DNA of 64,000 bases from Vicugna vicugna (GCA_013265495.1 MU057880.1:62001-126000), one strand, 5' to 3'. Counted from the stretch's first letter, positions 40,710 to 53,390 are shown. Numbers and translations: made by a program. The notes: generated by a model not told the origin, from the letters alone.

Positions 40710-43700
40710 TAACAGTATACACCTTCTTGGGGATCATTGAATATTTTCAACCAATTTGTTTATCAACAAAGGACAAAAAAATTATCATTTCTATTTTTAC
40801 TGCATTCTGGAGACAGATTTGAGAGCAGGCTGGCCTATAAATAGTTCAGTCACCTACCCTCATCTCAACCAAACTAAACCAAAACAAACAAAAAAGGGAA
40901 TTCGGACCAATTCTAAAGGTTTGGGGGGGGGGTTGTTGTTATGTTTGTTTGTTTGTTTTAGATTAAAAGAATCCAAAATACTGGCCAAGCTAAGAGAAAA
41001 GAAAAAGTTTAATTACTGGTCTTTCCCTAAATCTTCATTGGGTTTTGGTTCTGGTCTTGTTAATAGGAGCAAAATCCAAAGGCGCCGCAGCTTAAGTGTC
41101 TCATGGAGCCTGCGTGTCTTCACTGGCCCAGCACCTGGCACCCAAAAGCGAGAGGAACTCAGCAATGCAGTCCTTTCTCTCCTTGGAAAGAAGTCACAGA
41201 CGCTCCTGTATTCCTAGAAGAAAAGGTTCTCACCATGTTCTCAGAGTGAAGGAATCAAACTCTCACATCAGTTTGACTTTTGAATCATCTGAGGTCTCTG
41301 TGCCCAACAGGGAAGGCTGCTCGACCCTCCATCAAAAGTTAGAGAGTGAATCAAGCGCACGAGAGAGCACAGCCATCTCACCCATGGACACCACGGCCAA
41401 AAAACAGAAAAGCAAGGAATCACCTTCCGATACATAATGAGACAAAGCCCTGAATGCTTTTTCCAGCCAGTTGGGTCTGTGTCCATTTAGCTTGACCGAG
41501 AAAGGACAGCATCTAGAAACCAGACACTGCTGTCAGGACCCCATTGCGGGTTCCAGCCCTAGATAATTGGGGCAGGGCGACAAGGACTGTGAATATAAGA
41601 ACAATTATTGTTACTTTAGTATTAATAAATAATTAGCTTTAAATTTTGAATACCCTTAAGTGTCAGGCAGTCAGCTATATACTCAACATGGATAATCTTG
41701 CTAAAACGTACAACCACTGTTCAAAACAGACATTATTTTCAATTTACACATGTAGAATTGGACCACAGTGAAGTTACAGAAGCCGCCCGACTCCCTCCCT
41801 CTGTCTGCTTCCCTACCTTAGACCGATAGTGGCAGCTTCCTGCCTTGCGATTGCTCTGCCCACTGTCTGACACCCATCCATCCTCTCCCACAGCACCTGC
41901 AGACACATATCAAGCTCTTTTGGGGAGCACAGATTTAGATATACACCACCAACACCCCACTATTACTCCAAAAAGTATCTTCAGTCTTCAAAACTCCCTT
42001 ACTCAATATCCACTGTTGATAATTTTATGACCTCAAAGTAGGTCAGACACTTCAAGCGTTGTGTAATTAAGTCTTGATATTACTTTTTAAAAAATTCTCT
42101 TTTGTACCCAGATCTTGACTTTGTCGTTGAAATATTGCATCGGGGCGCCTCCGGTGAATGCACAATTTCTCTTGCCCACCAGCTGAGTATGCAGCACATA
42201 GTAGGCACTGCTCATTTTTGAATGAAAAGGTGCCGATTTTATAGCACTCTTTAGAGCATATAAATCACCTCTTCTATACTTTCCAGAGAAGATCTTCTAG
42301 ATTTAGTACTTTTTACTGAGTTAATTAACAAGATCCACATCCTATTATAATAAACTTCTTGGCAAAGGCAGCTAACAGTCACTATCTTATTTTAATAACT
42401 GCAGCCTTTCCTTACAGTTTATCTTCCAGCAAAGCCAACACTACAAATTTTGCCTCTTTTTCCTAAGTGCTGACTGAGCAACTTCTTTACATAGACCTTG
42501 CTCCTCACTAAATCAAGCAAAATCAGGGACAAGTGATTGAATGTGTATAGGGTAGGCGGAGGAGAATTTGAGGTTGAGAAGATTGAGCAGACAACAACTT
42601 TTGAATTTAAATATTGCCAACCAGGGCAGGCTATGCTGCTCACTGAAGACAGATTCATATTCAGCCCCTTGAACTTGAGAAACTAAAGTTACCTGTTAAC
42701 CCAGCATCATTCACATAAGGTGAACTGAACTCAAAGGCACCTCAAAATACCTTTTAAGATCACTATTTTTTTCATCTTTTTTCCTCTTGACTAAATTAAC
42801 ATCTGTATCAAATTTTCCCCTGTTCCTTCTAACTCTGTGTTCAATGTGAATGCCAGGTATGAGGAGGCTATATTTAGGCAATTATGAATGTAATTATCTC
42901 TTTTGCCTTTATGATTACCTTTATGAGTATCTGATCTTTCAACCAAAGGCATCCATTTAGAACTTTTCAAGAAAGAATATAAAGGGATCAGAGGGAAGAA
43001 TTGGTAATATTTTGCCTGTTAAACAAAATTGAATTTTGCAGGAAGAAATTTTCTTACAGACGAGGGTGTTGGGTGGTTGTTTTGAGAAAGGATTCTTCAA
43101 TGCACTTATTTCCTCCCCCTTAGCAACCTAGGAGAGACGAGGCCTGGAAGACTTACATCATCCTATATTCTCCTAAAATAAAGTGTCTCTTATTCTTGGG
43201 AAAATAAGACCACTGTTTTATCCTACAAAATAGGGTGAGTAAAATAAAGCTCCCTTTGCTTCAAGGAGATTATTGGTAAGAGAGAGAGAAGGAGAGAGGG
43301 AAAAACAAATATCCAAATATCTGTGTCCAACTGTCCTCTCCTGGGGCTTCATTTCAGTGAAAGGAAAATATCTTCCGTGGTTTGGGAGGTATTTACATAC
43401 TGACACCCATCCCAACCTTCTGTCTAAGATGTGAAAGGAGATTCCCTTTCAAACTGCTCTAAATCAACCCAAGGGGCCACCATTTGATTCCTTTTGGGTG
43501 TATGAAATCCAGCAGTGTCAGCAGAAGGAGGCAGATACGGAGACATCTTAGGAAAGCAGAGTGCTTTATAGCAAGGGCGGCATCAGAGAAGCCTGCACCC
43601 CTACCCAGGCTTGGACTGAGTGAAAATAGAAGCAGAAGTTCACGGAGGCCCACGGTGGAGGGGAGGTGGAGCTTTGCCCAAACTGAAAGTGACCACATCA

Positions 43701-44379
43701 CAAGTTACACCATCCTCAGAACGGAGCTACAGATGCCAACCTGACAAACATCAGCCACGTGGACTTGGCCGAGGAGACAGGACAGCACCCCACCTCACCT
43801 CAACCTCTCCACAGAGGCTACACAGTCATCCTTCTTAGACGTAACGAAATGTCATCAATTCGGAGTTTTGGGTTTTTTTAAGTGGGCCTAAAACACGATT
43901 TCATCCGTTTTTCTTTTATTTTCTCTTATTTCTTTCTGAGTTTTAATGATTACAAAGCATTTTAATGATTACAACTGAACTGGATGATTGGTGATGTTTA
44001 TAATTAGTCAACAATTGACCTATGGAATCAAAAGACTGTCAGTTCATGTATTTGAAGACCATCAACCCTCCTATTACTATACTGCTATTTTATAATCATC
44101 ATTCAAATGTTCTTGGCAGGAAATTATATAAGAGAAAAAAATTAACTTCACCAAAAAACCATAAAGAGTAAACAAACAAACAAACAAACACCATCAAGGT
44201 CAATTACTATTGTTTTAACAGGTCCCAGCACTCACTTATCCTACAACCAGGATTAGAGGTAAGAACTCAGGTTCCTTCAGATAACAGTTACTGAGCACTT
44301 GATGTAAATAAGACACTGTGTATCATCTTTCCATGCATCTTCTCAGTAAATATACTCAAACAACATGTATTTTTTTCAG

Positions 44380-46160
44380 TGTCAACTATTTGCCAGGGAC
44401 TGTGCTAGTTACTGGGTAGAGAGTGATGTCCCAGACTAGACAGTACCTAGTCGGGTACTATTCATGTCCTCACTTGGCTTAACTTCTCATGGAGAATACA
44501 AATCAAAAAGAAAGCAAACTAATAAATAATAAAGTAATTGTGTCATAGAAATTCACAAGAGATAAAGAGAATCCCACATGAAGATCTTCTTCAGGTAGGA
44601 TCATCAGGGAGGACCTCGGAGGGAGACATCTTTAAACTAAGCCTAACGTGAGAAACCATATAAAGAGCTAGACTGAAGTGTGCGGCAAGAGGTGGGTGCC
44701 ATGCAACGGGCACACCCTATACCAAACAGCCAGGTCCAGGAAGAGCATGGAGTGGTCACAGAACTGAAGGAAGCACAGTCTGGCTTGTGTGTGGAAAGCT
44801 TGAAGAGGTGTAGCATAACCTAAATCTGACAAGATAAGCACCAGGAAGAGCCTTGTGAGCCGTAGTAAGAATTATGCACTTTATATTAAATTCAGTGGAG
44901 GCCACTACAAAATGCAAAGCAGACTGTGGTGTGGTTCAGGAGCTACAGATATCTCAGCTGCAACAACGTGAAGACTGGGAAAGAGGAACACAAGAGTAGG
45001 AAAAGACAAACTAGATTGTAAACTCTGGGAGCAGTCTAAGCAGAAGATGGCTATGGTTTGACTAAAGAGCTGGCACTGGAGGTGGAAGGAGAGAATAAAG
45101 TATTATTTTAGAAACAGAATCAGGACTGTTAATGGCTCAGTGTTGGGGGGTGAGGGGAGGGAATGTTACCAAACTGAACTTTGGTCCAGTCACCCTCAAT
45201 GCAGCAAAACCAATCCACTGACACCAGGTGGTAGTGAAGGAAAGTACAACATTTATTGCAGGGCGCCCAGCAAGAAGAATGGGCAGCTAGTGCTCAAAGG
45301 ACCTGGTGGATTTCAGCGAAGCATTTTTAAAAGCAAACTTGAGGGTGAGAGCTGCAAGGGGCATGACTTCCCTCTGATTGGTTGGTGATGAGGTAACAAG
45401 GTGGTGCTTCAGAAATCTTAATCATCCATCTTCTGGTTCTAACCAGTCTGGGGTCTATGTGCTTGTGGTCACCCTCTGCCATATGGTGGGAGTCTTAGTT
45501 TCTGCAGAACAACTCAAAGCTATGCATCAGATTGTTATGTGTATCCCTTGAGGAGGAAACAGGACTCTGTTTTATCTCTGAACTATTTTCATTACTTTTC
45601 CTACTTAACTATTTTTCCATTGTTTCTGTGTTCCCTCACTTCCCTAATTACTAACTGCTTGGATCTGTTCTTTGGGACTCAGGGAAGGTTTAGGAGATTA
45701 AAACCTTTTCTACAAACAAGAAACAAGGGCCACTGAGGGGCTTTTGTACCTGGGAGGGTTCTGCAGGGTCCTGCTAGGTTTCAGTCCTCTCTTTTCCTTG
45801 ATTCTTCTTAATCCTGAGAGGAATAGGGGTGGGACAAGAAAGGGAGTAAAGTTTTGAATAAAGAAATTAATCATAAACTCATCAGGGGAACTAAGTTTTA
45901 GGGCAACTCAGTTTCAGGAAGAATCAAAGATAATTTCTTTGAATGGAAAACAAAGAAAAATTTGAGGTATGTTAGGTTTTAGACATCTGTGAGACATACA
46001 AGTGGAAATGAATAAGTTAGAAGTAGAAATGCACATCTAAAGCACAAAAGAGAGGCATGTGTTAGAGACATCGCCATTTTCTTAAAGATGAGATTAAAAT
46101 CCCTGAGAATTGGTGAGATTCCCAGAGGAGAGTAAATAGTAAAAGAAGGAAAATAGAAAT
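44380..46160 (-). mobile_element. L2 LINE fragment interrupted by the solo LTR at 45164-45916
   Basis: Reverse L2-like purine-rich sequence on both sides of the LTR (e.g. TGTGAGACATACAAGTGGAAATG). Confidence 0.55.
45164..45916 (-). mobile_element. Solo LTR, ERV1-type (copy 2, longer variant), nested in an L2
   Basis: TGTTACC...GTTTCA termini and a perfect 4-bp TSD GGAA (45160-45163, 45917-45920). Shares blocks such as GTGAAGGAAAGTACA and GAATGGGCAGCT with copy 1. Confidence 0.85.
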
Positions 46161-47448
46161 GTGGCCCCCAACATCCCACAATCCTTTGAAGTAGGGATTG
46201 TTATATTATTTCCATATTACAAGGGGACAAAACTAAAACTCCGTGAAGGATATGTAACTTGCCCAAAGGCTTTTGCAGCTACTAGAAAGCCAAGGCACCT
46301 TTCAGTCTATAGCCCAAGCTCTGAGTCAAAGTCAGTTTCTGGAAATTGACACATTGTAACTGACCATACTTCAGTAAAAAAAAATTTAGGTTAAAGAAAA
46401 AGCAAAGTCATTTATACCTCAACTCCAACTGAACAAATATCAAATGAACAAACAAAACCTGTCAAACCCCAGCCATTGGCCTCCTGATTCTACTTTTCTC
46501 ATATAATTTAATAAAAATGTAACTAACATTTCTTTCTTTTTTTTTTATTTAGAGCTATAACAGAACTTTATTCCCTGGAACCTGGGCCAGACAGACCTCT
46601 CAGGAAGCTGCACGCCCCTACACCCTGGCCCCTTGTGTTTTTGGACCTTAGTGGAATGTGCAGTCTTCCTTCCCCAGTGCCAAGGAGAGACCAACAGAAG
46701 TGGAACACCACTTTTCTCTGTGATGTGCGGAGTGAAAGGGGTATGAGCAGAAATCTGCTGTCCCTCCTGAGGCTCCCAGTGGTGCTGAGGTGCCAGAGGG
46801 TACATGGTCCCAAAGCCAGGTGGAAACACACACACACATCCCTGGGGTTAACTCTTGATCCCAGCTGTTGGATCAGGTCGGGAGGGGGCCTCATAAGATC
46901 ATGACAGCTACAACTGGTAGCTTTAAGGGCACCTGAGATACAACCCCCCAAAGCCTGCCAGGGCCCAGTGGCTCCAGCTGGAAGCAGATGTTCAAGATCA
47001 TCCCAAGGCCTTAGGGTTGCCAAAACACGCAAATGACACTGATACATATGGCTGCAGAAGCTGGGGAGGGGGTGAGGAGGGAGCAGGGAGAGAACCTATA
47101 AATCCCCAACAGAAACACCAGAAGCAGAGAAGAGGAGCCCCAGACGCTTGCATCTGGCTGGGCCGGGCAAGCTGAAGGGGAGTCCAGAGTCTCACACTGA
47201 GTGGTGAGACACACTCAGCACCCTCAGCATCACAGGGACCCGCCAGGTAAGAAAAAGCTGTTATCCTGCCCCCATCCAAGTCACAGTCTTCCAGGGTTTC
47301 CCATCTCAGTGTCCTGGATGTATGGCTTCAGGTCCGGCAGAGGGCCGGAGGGGATTCGGTCTGGGACCCAGAGATCGGGGTGTTACTGCTGACCTCGCGC
47401 AGGTGGCTGTGTGGAGCGTGGAGAGGCGGGTGGACAGGGAGGGGGTCT

Positions 47449-48752
47449 TCAGAGGTAGACGTTGAGGGTCTGCAGAATGCCCCGGTGGCGGAGTGGGCAG
47501 TTGCAGTGGTAGACGGGGTGGAGCATCAGGATTTCGGTGCAGGCCTGGCACAGGCACAGGTGCCAACAAGGCAGAAGCAGCACCGTCTTGCCCTGGTCCT
47601 GGCAGATGACGCACTTCTTCCGCTCCTCTTGCTCCTTCAGCAACTTCCATGGGTCTTGCCCAGCTACAGGCTCCTCCACAATGAGCCTCTCCCGGCCCCG
47701 GGCAGCTGTCACCCTGGCCATCCTGACTGCCTACTCTTCTACCTCTGATCTGAGCCCTACTTCAAGAAAAGTGTCCTGTCACCAGGTCCTGGCTGAGGGC
47801 ACCCTCCTAGGGCCACCCTGGGGGGCCCCAGGTGCCCTTCCCCGGTTTGGCCAGCTCACCAGCTGCAGGCTTCGGCTCCAGATGTGGCATCAGGCCTCCA
47901 GGCCCAGTGCTAGATGAGACAGCTGTACAACATCCTCTCTGAGTCGGTGGTAGCATGGCCGGACGTGGAGCTGACTGAGCACCCAGGTGGCCAGCCTCAG
48001 GGTGAGGTCCAGGTGCAACACAATCACCGTCACTGCCAGCACACAAGCCAGCAGCGCTAGGCCGGTGAGATTGACAAGCACAAAGCTGGCCAGGAAGCGG
48101 GCAGCTGAGGCCAGGAGCTCCAGTACTAGTTGGCAGGGGGGCCAGAGGAGGATGGACATGGCCACAGCACTGCTGGAAATGTGGGCTAGGAAGGCAGCCA
48201 CCACATCTGTCATCCTCCACAGCGGCCCCGTCACTGCATCCCACAGGGCCAGCACCAGGGAGAAGAGGTTCTGAGTACCAACGAGGCAGATGTTGACCAG
48301 GCTATTGATCACACAGGCCGCCAGGCTCATGGTAATGGCACAGATGCCACAGGCCTGCCGCAGCAAAGCATGGCCATTGGAGACCACAGTGAGGACGCCC
48401 CGGTGCAGGGTCTCCTGGCTCCTAAGCACCCCATGAGAGGCCAGGTGCCCCAGGAGCTTTAAGCTCTCCAGACCAGAATAGCAGCTGTACAGTATGGTAC
48501 ACAGGGCCTGCAGCCCCCAGAGGTGAACCAGGCCACGGCTTCAATCAAGGCCAGCAGTGAAAGCCAGGCTCCACAGCCCAAGTGCAGAAGACCAGTCAGC
48601 ACCGCGCGTGGCAGGTTGCAGATGAAGGCCAGGAGCCAGGCCAGGAGCCAGGCCAGGAGGGAGGCCACCAGCAGGAAGCTGAGGTCCAACACCACAGTCA
48701 GCACATCCAGCAACAGGCCCACCCCGTCCACTACCAAACACACAGCCTCCAC
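47449..48752 (-). pseudogene. RNF26: Disabled RNF26 coding region (multi-pass ER membrane RING E3 ligase)
   Basis: The start position reads GTG (48750-48752) instead of ATG. A 1-nt frameshift lies near 48512 (FTSGG then out of frame). In-frame stops are TGA 47890-47892, TGA 47779-47781 and TAG 47731-47733. The last RING Cys is replaced by Arg (CPLR, codon 47488-47490). The natural stop is at 47449. Confidence 0.93.
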
Positions 48753-49059
48753 AATAGTGCTACGGAGGTTAATCCAAAAGGAAGTCTGGCTCCCGGTTGA
48801 GGGGCGTGTCAGAGCTTTCAATATTTGGGGAGTTCAGGAATTAATTTGGAAGAGAAGTGAGCAGGCTCCAATCCAGGGAGAATCTGAGGAAGTGGGTTGG
48901 AAGGAAGTGGAGTCTCAGGTGAGGGAAAGGGAGCCAGGTGCCGGCCCAGGAGCCCCGGTTTTGAAGGCGGGCTGTTTGGGAGGAAAGAGGCCGAACATTT
49001 CCAAAGTGGAGGTGATCCCGGGCTGGAAGAGAAGCTCAGCTTTGAAGGCCTGGTGGTGA

Positions 49060-49272
49060 CGTACCACGGCCGGGCAACGGGTCAGACCCAGGAGACCGGG
49101 ACCGGAAGGGATCGGGCCGGGCCGGGGCCGGGCGCAGGCTCGCGGTCCAGCTACGCAGGTGCCCCTGTCCCCGCGCGGCCCCGGCCTCGGGGCTCGCGGA
49201 GATTTGTGCCCAAAGGGGCAGTGGGGAGGGGAGCGAGCCTCTGCTTCGCTGGGCGCCGCCATCTGGTGCGCT
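49060..49272 (-). promoter_or_regulatory. CpG-dense 5' end of the retrocopy with a YY1/TISU-like element
   Basis: About 26 CpGs by hand count in ~210 bp. The minus strand begins AGCGCACCAGATGGCGGCG. Function is not shown by the sequence. Confidence 0.45.
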
Positions 49273-52146
49273 TAACTAACATTTCTTAACCATAACAGGG
49301 TATATATTTAGTATATTTCCTAACGGTAAACCTGTACATTACGAAAGGCAGGACCATTGGCTTCTCCCTTTCACCCGTGGAGAAACCCTATTTACTAATT
49401 TGCTACAAAGTGAATAAGTGGTTTCCAGCATATGAACCTTTTAGGCGTCACTTTATGCATCTGCCACGGTGTTAACCATGAAGTTAAAAGACTATCATGC
49501 TATTTCTTGTTTTTTTAATTAAAAATGAGCATAGACAGAGTGATTATTGGCTTGTGTTTTGCAGAAAGTTGGATAACCTATCATTAAGATTTCAAATCAA
49601 TCTAACTTCTGTCTAATATACACCCGGGGGGGGGCACATATTTTGTATTTATATCTTAGATGAAATTTAAGTGAACTTGAAAGAGGTCTGCAGAGTTGTC
49701 TTTTTTTTTAATTCATGGAAGTTAATAAAGTCCAGAAAAAGTAGTAAAAAGGATACACATTATTCTAATTTAAAATCCCATCCCGTTCCAAAACCCAGTA
49801 GTCTAGCATAGATGTAATCTTGCAAGCAAATGTTTTTGAATAAGAACTTGAGGAAAGTTCTGCACAAATATTCTTCACTCTTCTAAGGAGATTTGCCACA
49901 ATCATACTCCTAATAGCTTTCAACAACATAAAAATAGGCCCCCTCATGGGTCTAAGTTATAAAGACATGCTACTTTCTTGAGATATGGGGGACTGAATAG
50001 AATCACATTCGTAGCACTTCTGGAATATACAATGTTGCCTGGAATAGGTTATAAAAATCTGTTTCCTGTATTATAAAAAGTCTATACATTTGAAATATTC
50101 AGAGTTGTATGGGTATTATAAAAGCTCTAGAAACTGAAAATCTAGTTTTTGATCCAGTAACTTTCATATGGTTTGATGGATGACAATAAGTACAGTCAAA
50201 GATGAGCATTTTGGCCCCAAAAGGAAGACTGGATTATGTTACTGAGCTTGAATAGACACGTGCTATATCCAGAAACCTACTGTACAAAGTTGACATATTT
50301 TCCAGTGCAATCCAGGAGACTCAATCTGAGCCCTGTACAATGCATATGCCCAGGAACAAATGTATCACGCTCAAAGCACAATGCATTATTCACAAACACA
50401 CTCGGAGCATTTCTTACAGATTTATGGAGTAATTTCTATGGAAACATATATACATCTCAAAATTTCCATCCCATTCCAACTACCTAAAACTCATACCGCT
50501 GTAACCAAAGTACTCCAAAAAGTCAACTGAAAAAAGGAAAATCTATATGACTTACATTTTTTAAAAATAGTTTGCAAAAAGATGACCTCAAACTCACTTA
50601 GGCAGACAAAGATTTTTAGTGGGGCATATTAAGCAAAATCAGTCTTTCTTATAAAATGAAAATGTTTTGCAGATATTAAACTTAGGACCCATAATTTCCA
50701 CTACCTCCCAAAGAAGAACAGTGTACTTTTGTCTAAGGAATTTTATTAGAAACTTAAGTAGATGAAAACAATTAAAGAAAGGATTAAGTTCTTCTGACTC
50801 AAGGTAATGCAACTGCATTTAACAGCTAGTGAATTGAGTTTAATTTTGTTTTTGCAGCAGGAATGATGGCTTCTCAGGGAATTTCAACCTTTAACAAAAA
50901 TAGCAAAATCAACAGAAAGAATATATTTATATCTCCTTATCTGAAATTTCTGTACACAGCACTTGGCTCCCTAGCTGAAACAGTTTTTTTAAAAAAATAA
51001 TTTTAGAATCATTGTATATAGATGTTAAATATCATTCCTTTTCAAAGCTTTATTTTCTTATATTTAGAGAACATATCAAGAAGTAAAGATGAAATGAGTT
51101 AAAGATGTGTTAAGAGTGTGACCCATGCTGTTGAGAGTTGTAAATATTGCTTCTTATAATTCAGATTAAATGTAAAGAAACACTTCCTAATATTGATTTC
51201 TTTGATATAAAAAGTATTCATAAAAGGAAGTAGTAGATTTCTCATTCGGAAGGCCTTCTAAATACAGTATTTTTCTTTGTGACTATGTACAAATGGCCTT
51301 GTCAGTGGACCAGGAAATTACTGGATCAAACTCTAAAGTAATGAGAAAATTCTACAGGCTAACTGTCACATAATATGTGATTATTTTAAAGTTCCAGGTG
51401 ATTCCCGGTGATATTTCCTGGTTCTGTTGGATCTACGCTCCCCTTGTGAAAAAGAAAATGGTGGTTCAATTATTACAGATGGGTCTGTTTCAAACTCTAC
51501 CTACTATCAAATGTTGCAGCCACAGAGAGGAGCAGTTGCCTGTTTCTAGTTTTCTTTGTTTTCTTCTCACAGCTATATCTACAGCATGCAATCAAACCTG
51601 AATGTTGTCATCCCCTCCGCCAGCAAAAATACACTCACAATAAAATGGATAAGCGTTTACCTAGCTGTCCTAAGGAAGGACAATCATGCTCACAGTTAAC
51701 CACGTGAATGATGCTGTGGAACTTAAAAGTGAGGTGAGTGGGAAAGCCAGAATGATTCTGATTTTGAACTATAAATACCTAAATCCACACGTCATGCAAG
51801 TAGCCTCCATACTGAGCTTTACCATCGCTGGATCTGTTCAGAGTCCATCATTTTGTGTAGGAAAAGAACACGCTGATGAGATTCAGATCTTTACAACACC
51901 TTTCTCGTCCACAAGACTTGAACAAACAGGGAATTCAGAGTCAAATGTGAATCTAGTAGAGGCTAACACAAGATCCTTACCATCTTAGGAACAAGGAGAT
52001 AGTCCAAATCCAGGGATAGGAAGTGGATAACCTCCCCCATCAGGTTGTAAGACGTGAGGGCCGAGAGGATGTTTAGTCAACTCCAATACCAGTGCCAGCA
52101 ATTTTGGATGTAGCCTAGAAATAAGTCTCAAAAGAAGGGCATTTTA

Positions 52147-52920
52147 TCCTGGAGAGTCTGTGGGGAAAAGGGAACCCTCCTTCACTGCTGGTGGGAATGC
52201 AGGTTGGTGCAGCCACTGTGGGAAACAGTTGGGAGATTCCTCAGAAGACTAGGAATAGACTTACCATATGACCCAGGAATCCCACTCCTGGGCATATATC
52301 CAGAAGGAACCCTACTTCAAAATGACACCTGCACCCCAATGTTCATAGCAGCACTATTTACAATAGCCAAGACATGGAGAAAGAGACCGCCTAAATGTCC
52401 ATCAACAGATGACTGGATAAAGAAGCTGTGGTATATTTATACAATGGAATACTACTCAGCCATAAAAACCAACAACATAACACGATTTGCAGCAACATGG
52501 ATGTTCTTGGAGAATGCCATTCTAAGTGAAGTAAGCCAGAAAGAGAAAGAAAAATACCATATGAGTTAGCTCATATGAGGAATCTAAACAAAAAACATAA
52601 ATACAAAACAGAAACAGACTCATAGACATAGAATACAAACTTGTGGTTGCCAAGGGGGCAGGGGGTGGGAAGGGACAGACTGGGATTTCAAAATTTGTAG
52701 ATACCAACAGGCATATGCAGAATAGCTACACAAGATTATACCATGTAGCACAGGGAAATATATACAAGATCCTGTGGTAGCTCACAGAAAAAAAAAATGT
52801 GACAATGAATATAAGTGTGTTCATGTATAACTGAAAAATTGTGCTCTACACTGGAATTTGACACAACATTGTAAAATGATTACAACTCAGTAAAAAATGT
52901 TAAAAAAAAAAAAAAGAAAG
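52147..52920 (+). mobile_element. Young L1 3' fragment with ORF2 C-terminus and poly(A)
   Basis: ORF 52204-52569 ([14 protein letters not shown]...CTPMFIAALFTIAKTW...KCPSTDDWIKKLWYIYTMEYYSA) is the L1 ORF2 C-terminus. The TSD is 15/17 identical (52130-52146 vs 52921-52937). Confidence 0.92.
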
Positions 52921-53199
52921 AAAAGCAAGGCATTTTACTTGAAGGGGTGGGTAACAGGGTTTTCCATTTGAATCAAAGTTGATTCTGCAACATTGTATCA
53001 AATATGAATAGGAAGAAATGGATACCTTGTGGGTGAACCTTCTGGAAAAGAGATTTTCAGATTTTGGGTGGAAACTCAAACTCTAGGGTTAAAGGAGCCT
53101 TGGGATCTGTGCCTCAAGCATCACAATATTGAGAATCTTACCTCGGCACTGTAATTTAAGTAGCATGGGAAAGGCCGTCGCCTAAATTATCTCCCAGAA

Positions 53200-53390
53200 G
53201 AATGATTCTAATGTTTCAAGTTCCAGCGATGCAAATCCATTCTCAGCTATTCACCAGTTGTGTGACCTTGGACCAGCAGTCTAACCTCTTTAACCCAAGT
53301 GATGCTAAGATGAAATGAAATACTGCACTCGAAGCACTCAAGAGCTCCTGGCACGTATTAAGGATTTTAATAAGGGTATTAATAATGAGA
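53200..53390 (+). mobile_element. MIR fragment
   Basis: CCAGTTGTGTGACCTTGGACCAG...CTAACCTCT. Confidence 0.6.

Larger units (their letters stand above)
46535..49272 (-). pseudogene. RNF26: Full-length processed retrocopy of RNF26 mRNA (5'UTR + disabled CDS + 3'UTR + poly(A))
   Basis: Perfect 15-bp TSD TAACTAACATTTCTT at 46520-46534 and 49273-49287. The junction TTTCTT/AA matches the L1 endonuclease site. Poly(T) lies at ~46535-46550 and TTTATT (minus-strand AATAAA) at 46567-46572. Minus-strand translations match RNF26 as I recall it (VEAVCLVVDG..., SLVNICLVGTQNLFSLVLALWDAVTGPLWRMTDVV..., [20 protein letters not shown]...ILQTLNVYL). Confidence 0.95.

Noticed and set aside
46545..49289. Many overlapping plus-strand and alternative-frame ORFs
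   Set aside because: They are expected from the GC-rich, stop-poor RNF26 retrocopy, and none has independent support.
52204..52569. 121-aa ORF with clear protein-like sequence
   Set aside because: It is the L1 ORF2 C-terminus in a 5'-truncated element, not a host gene.
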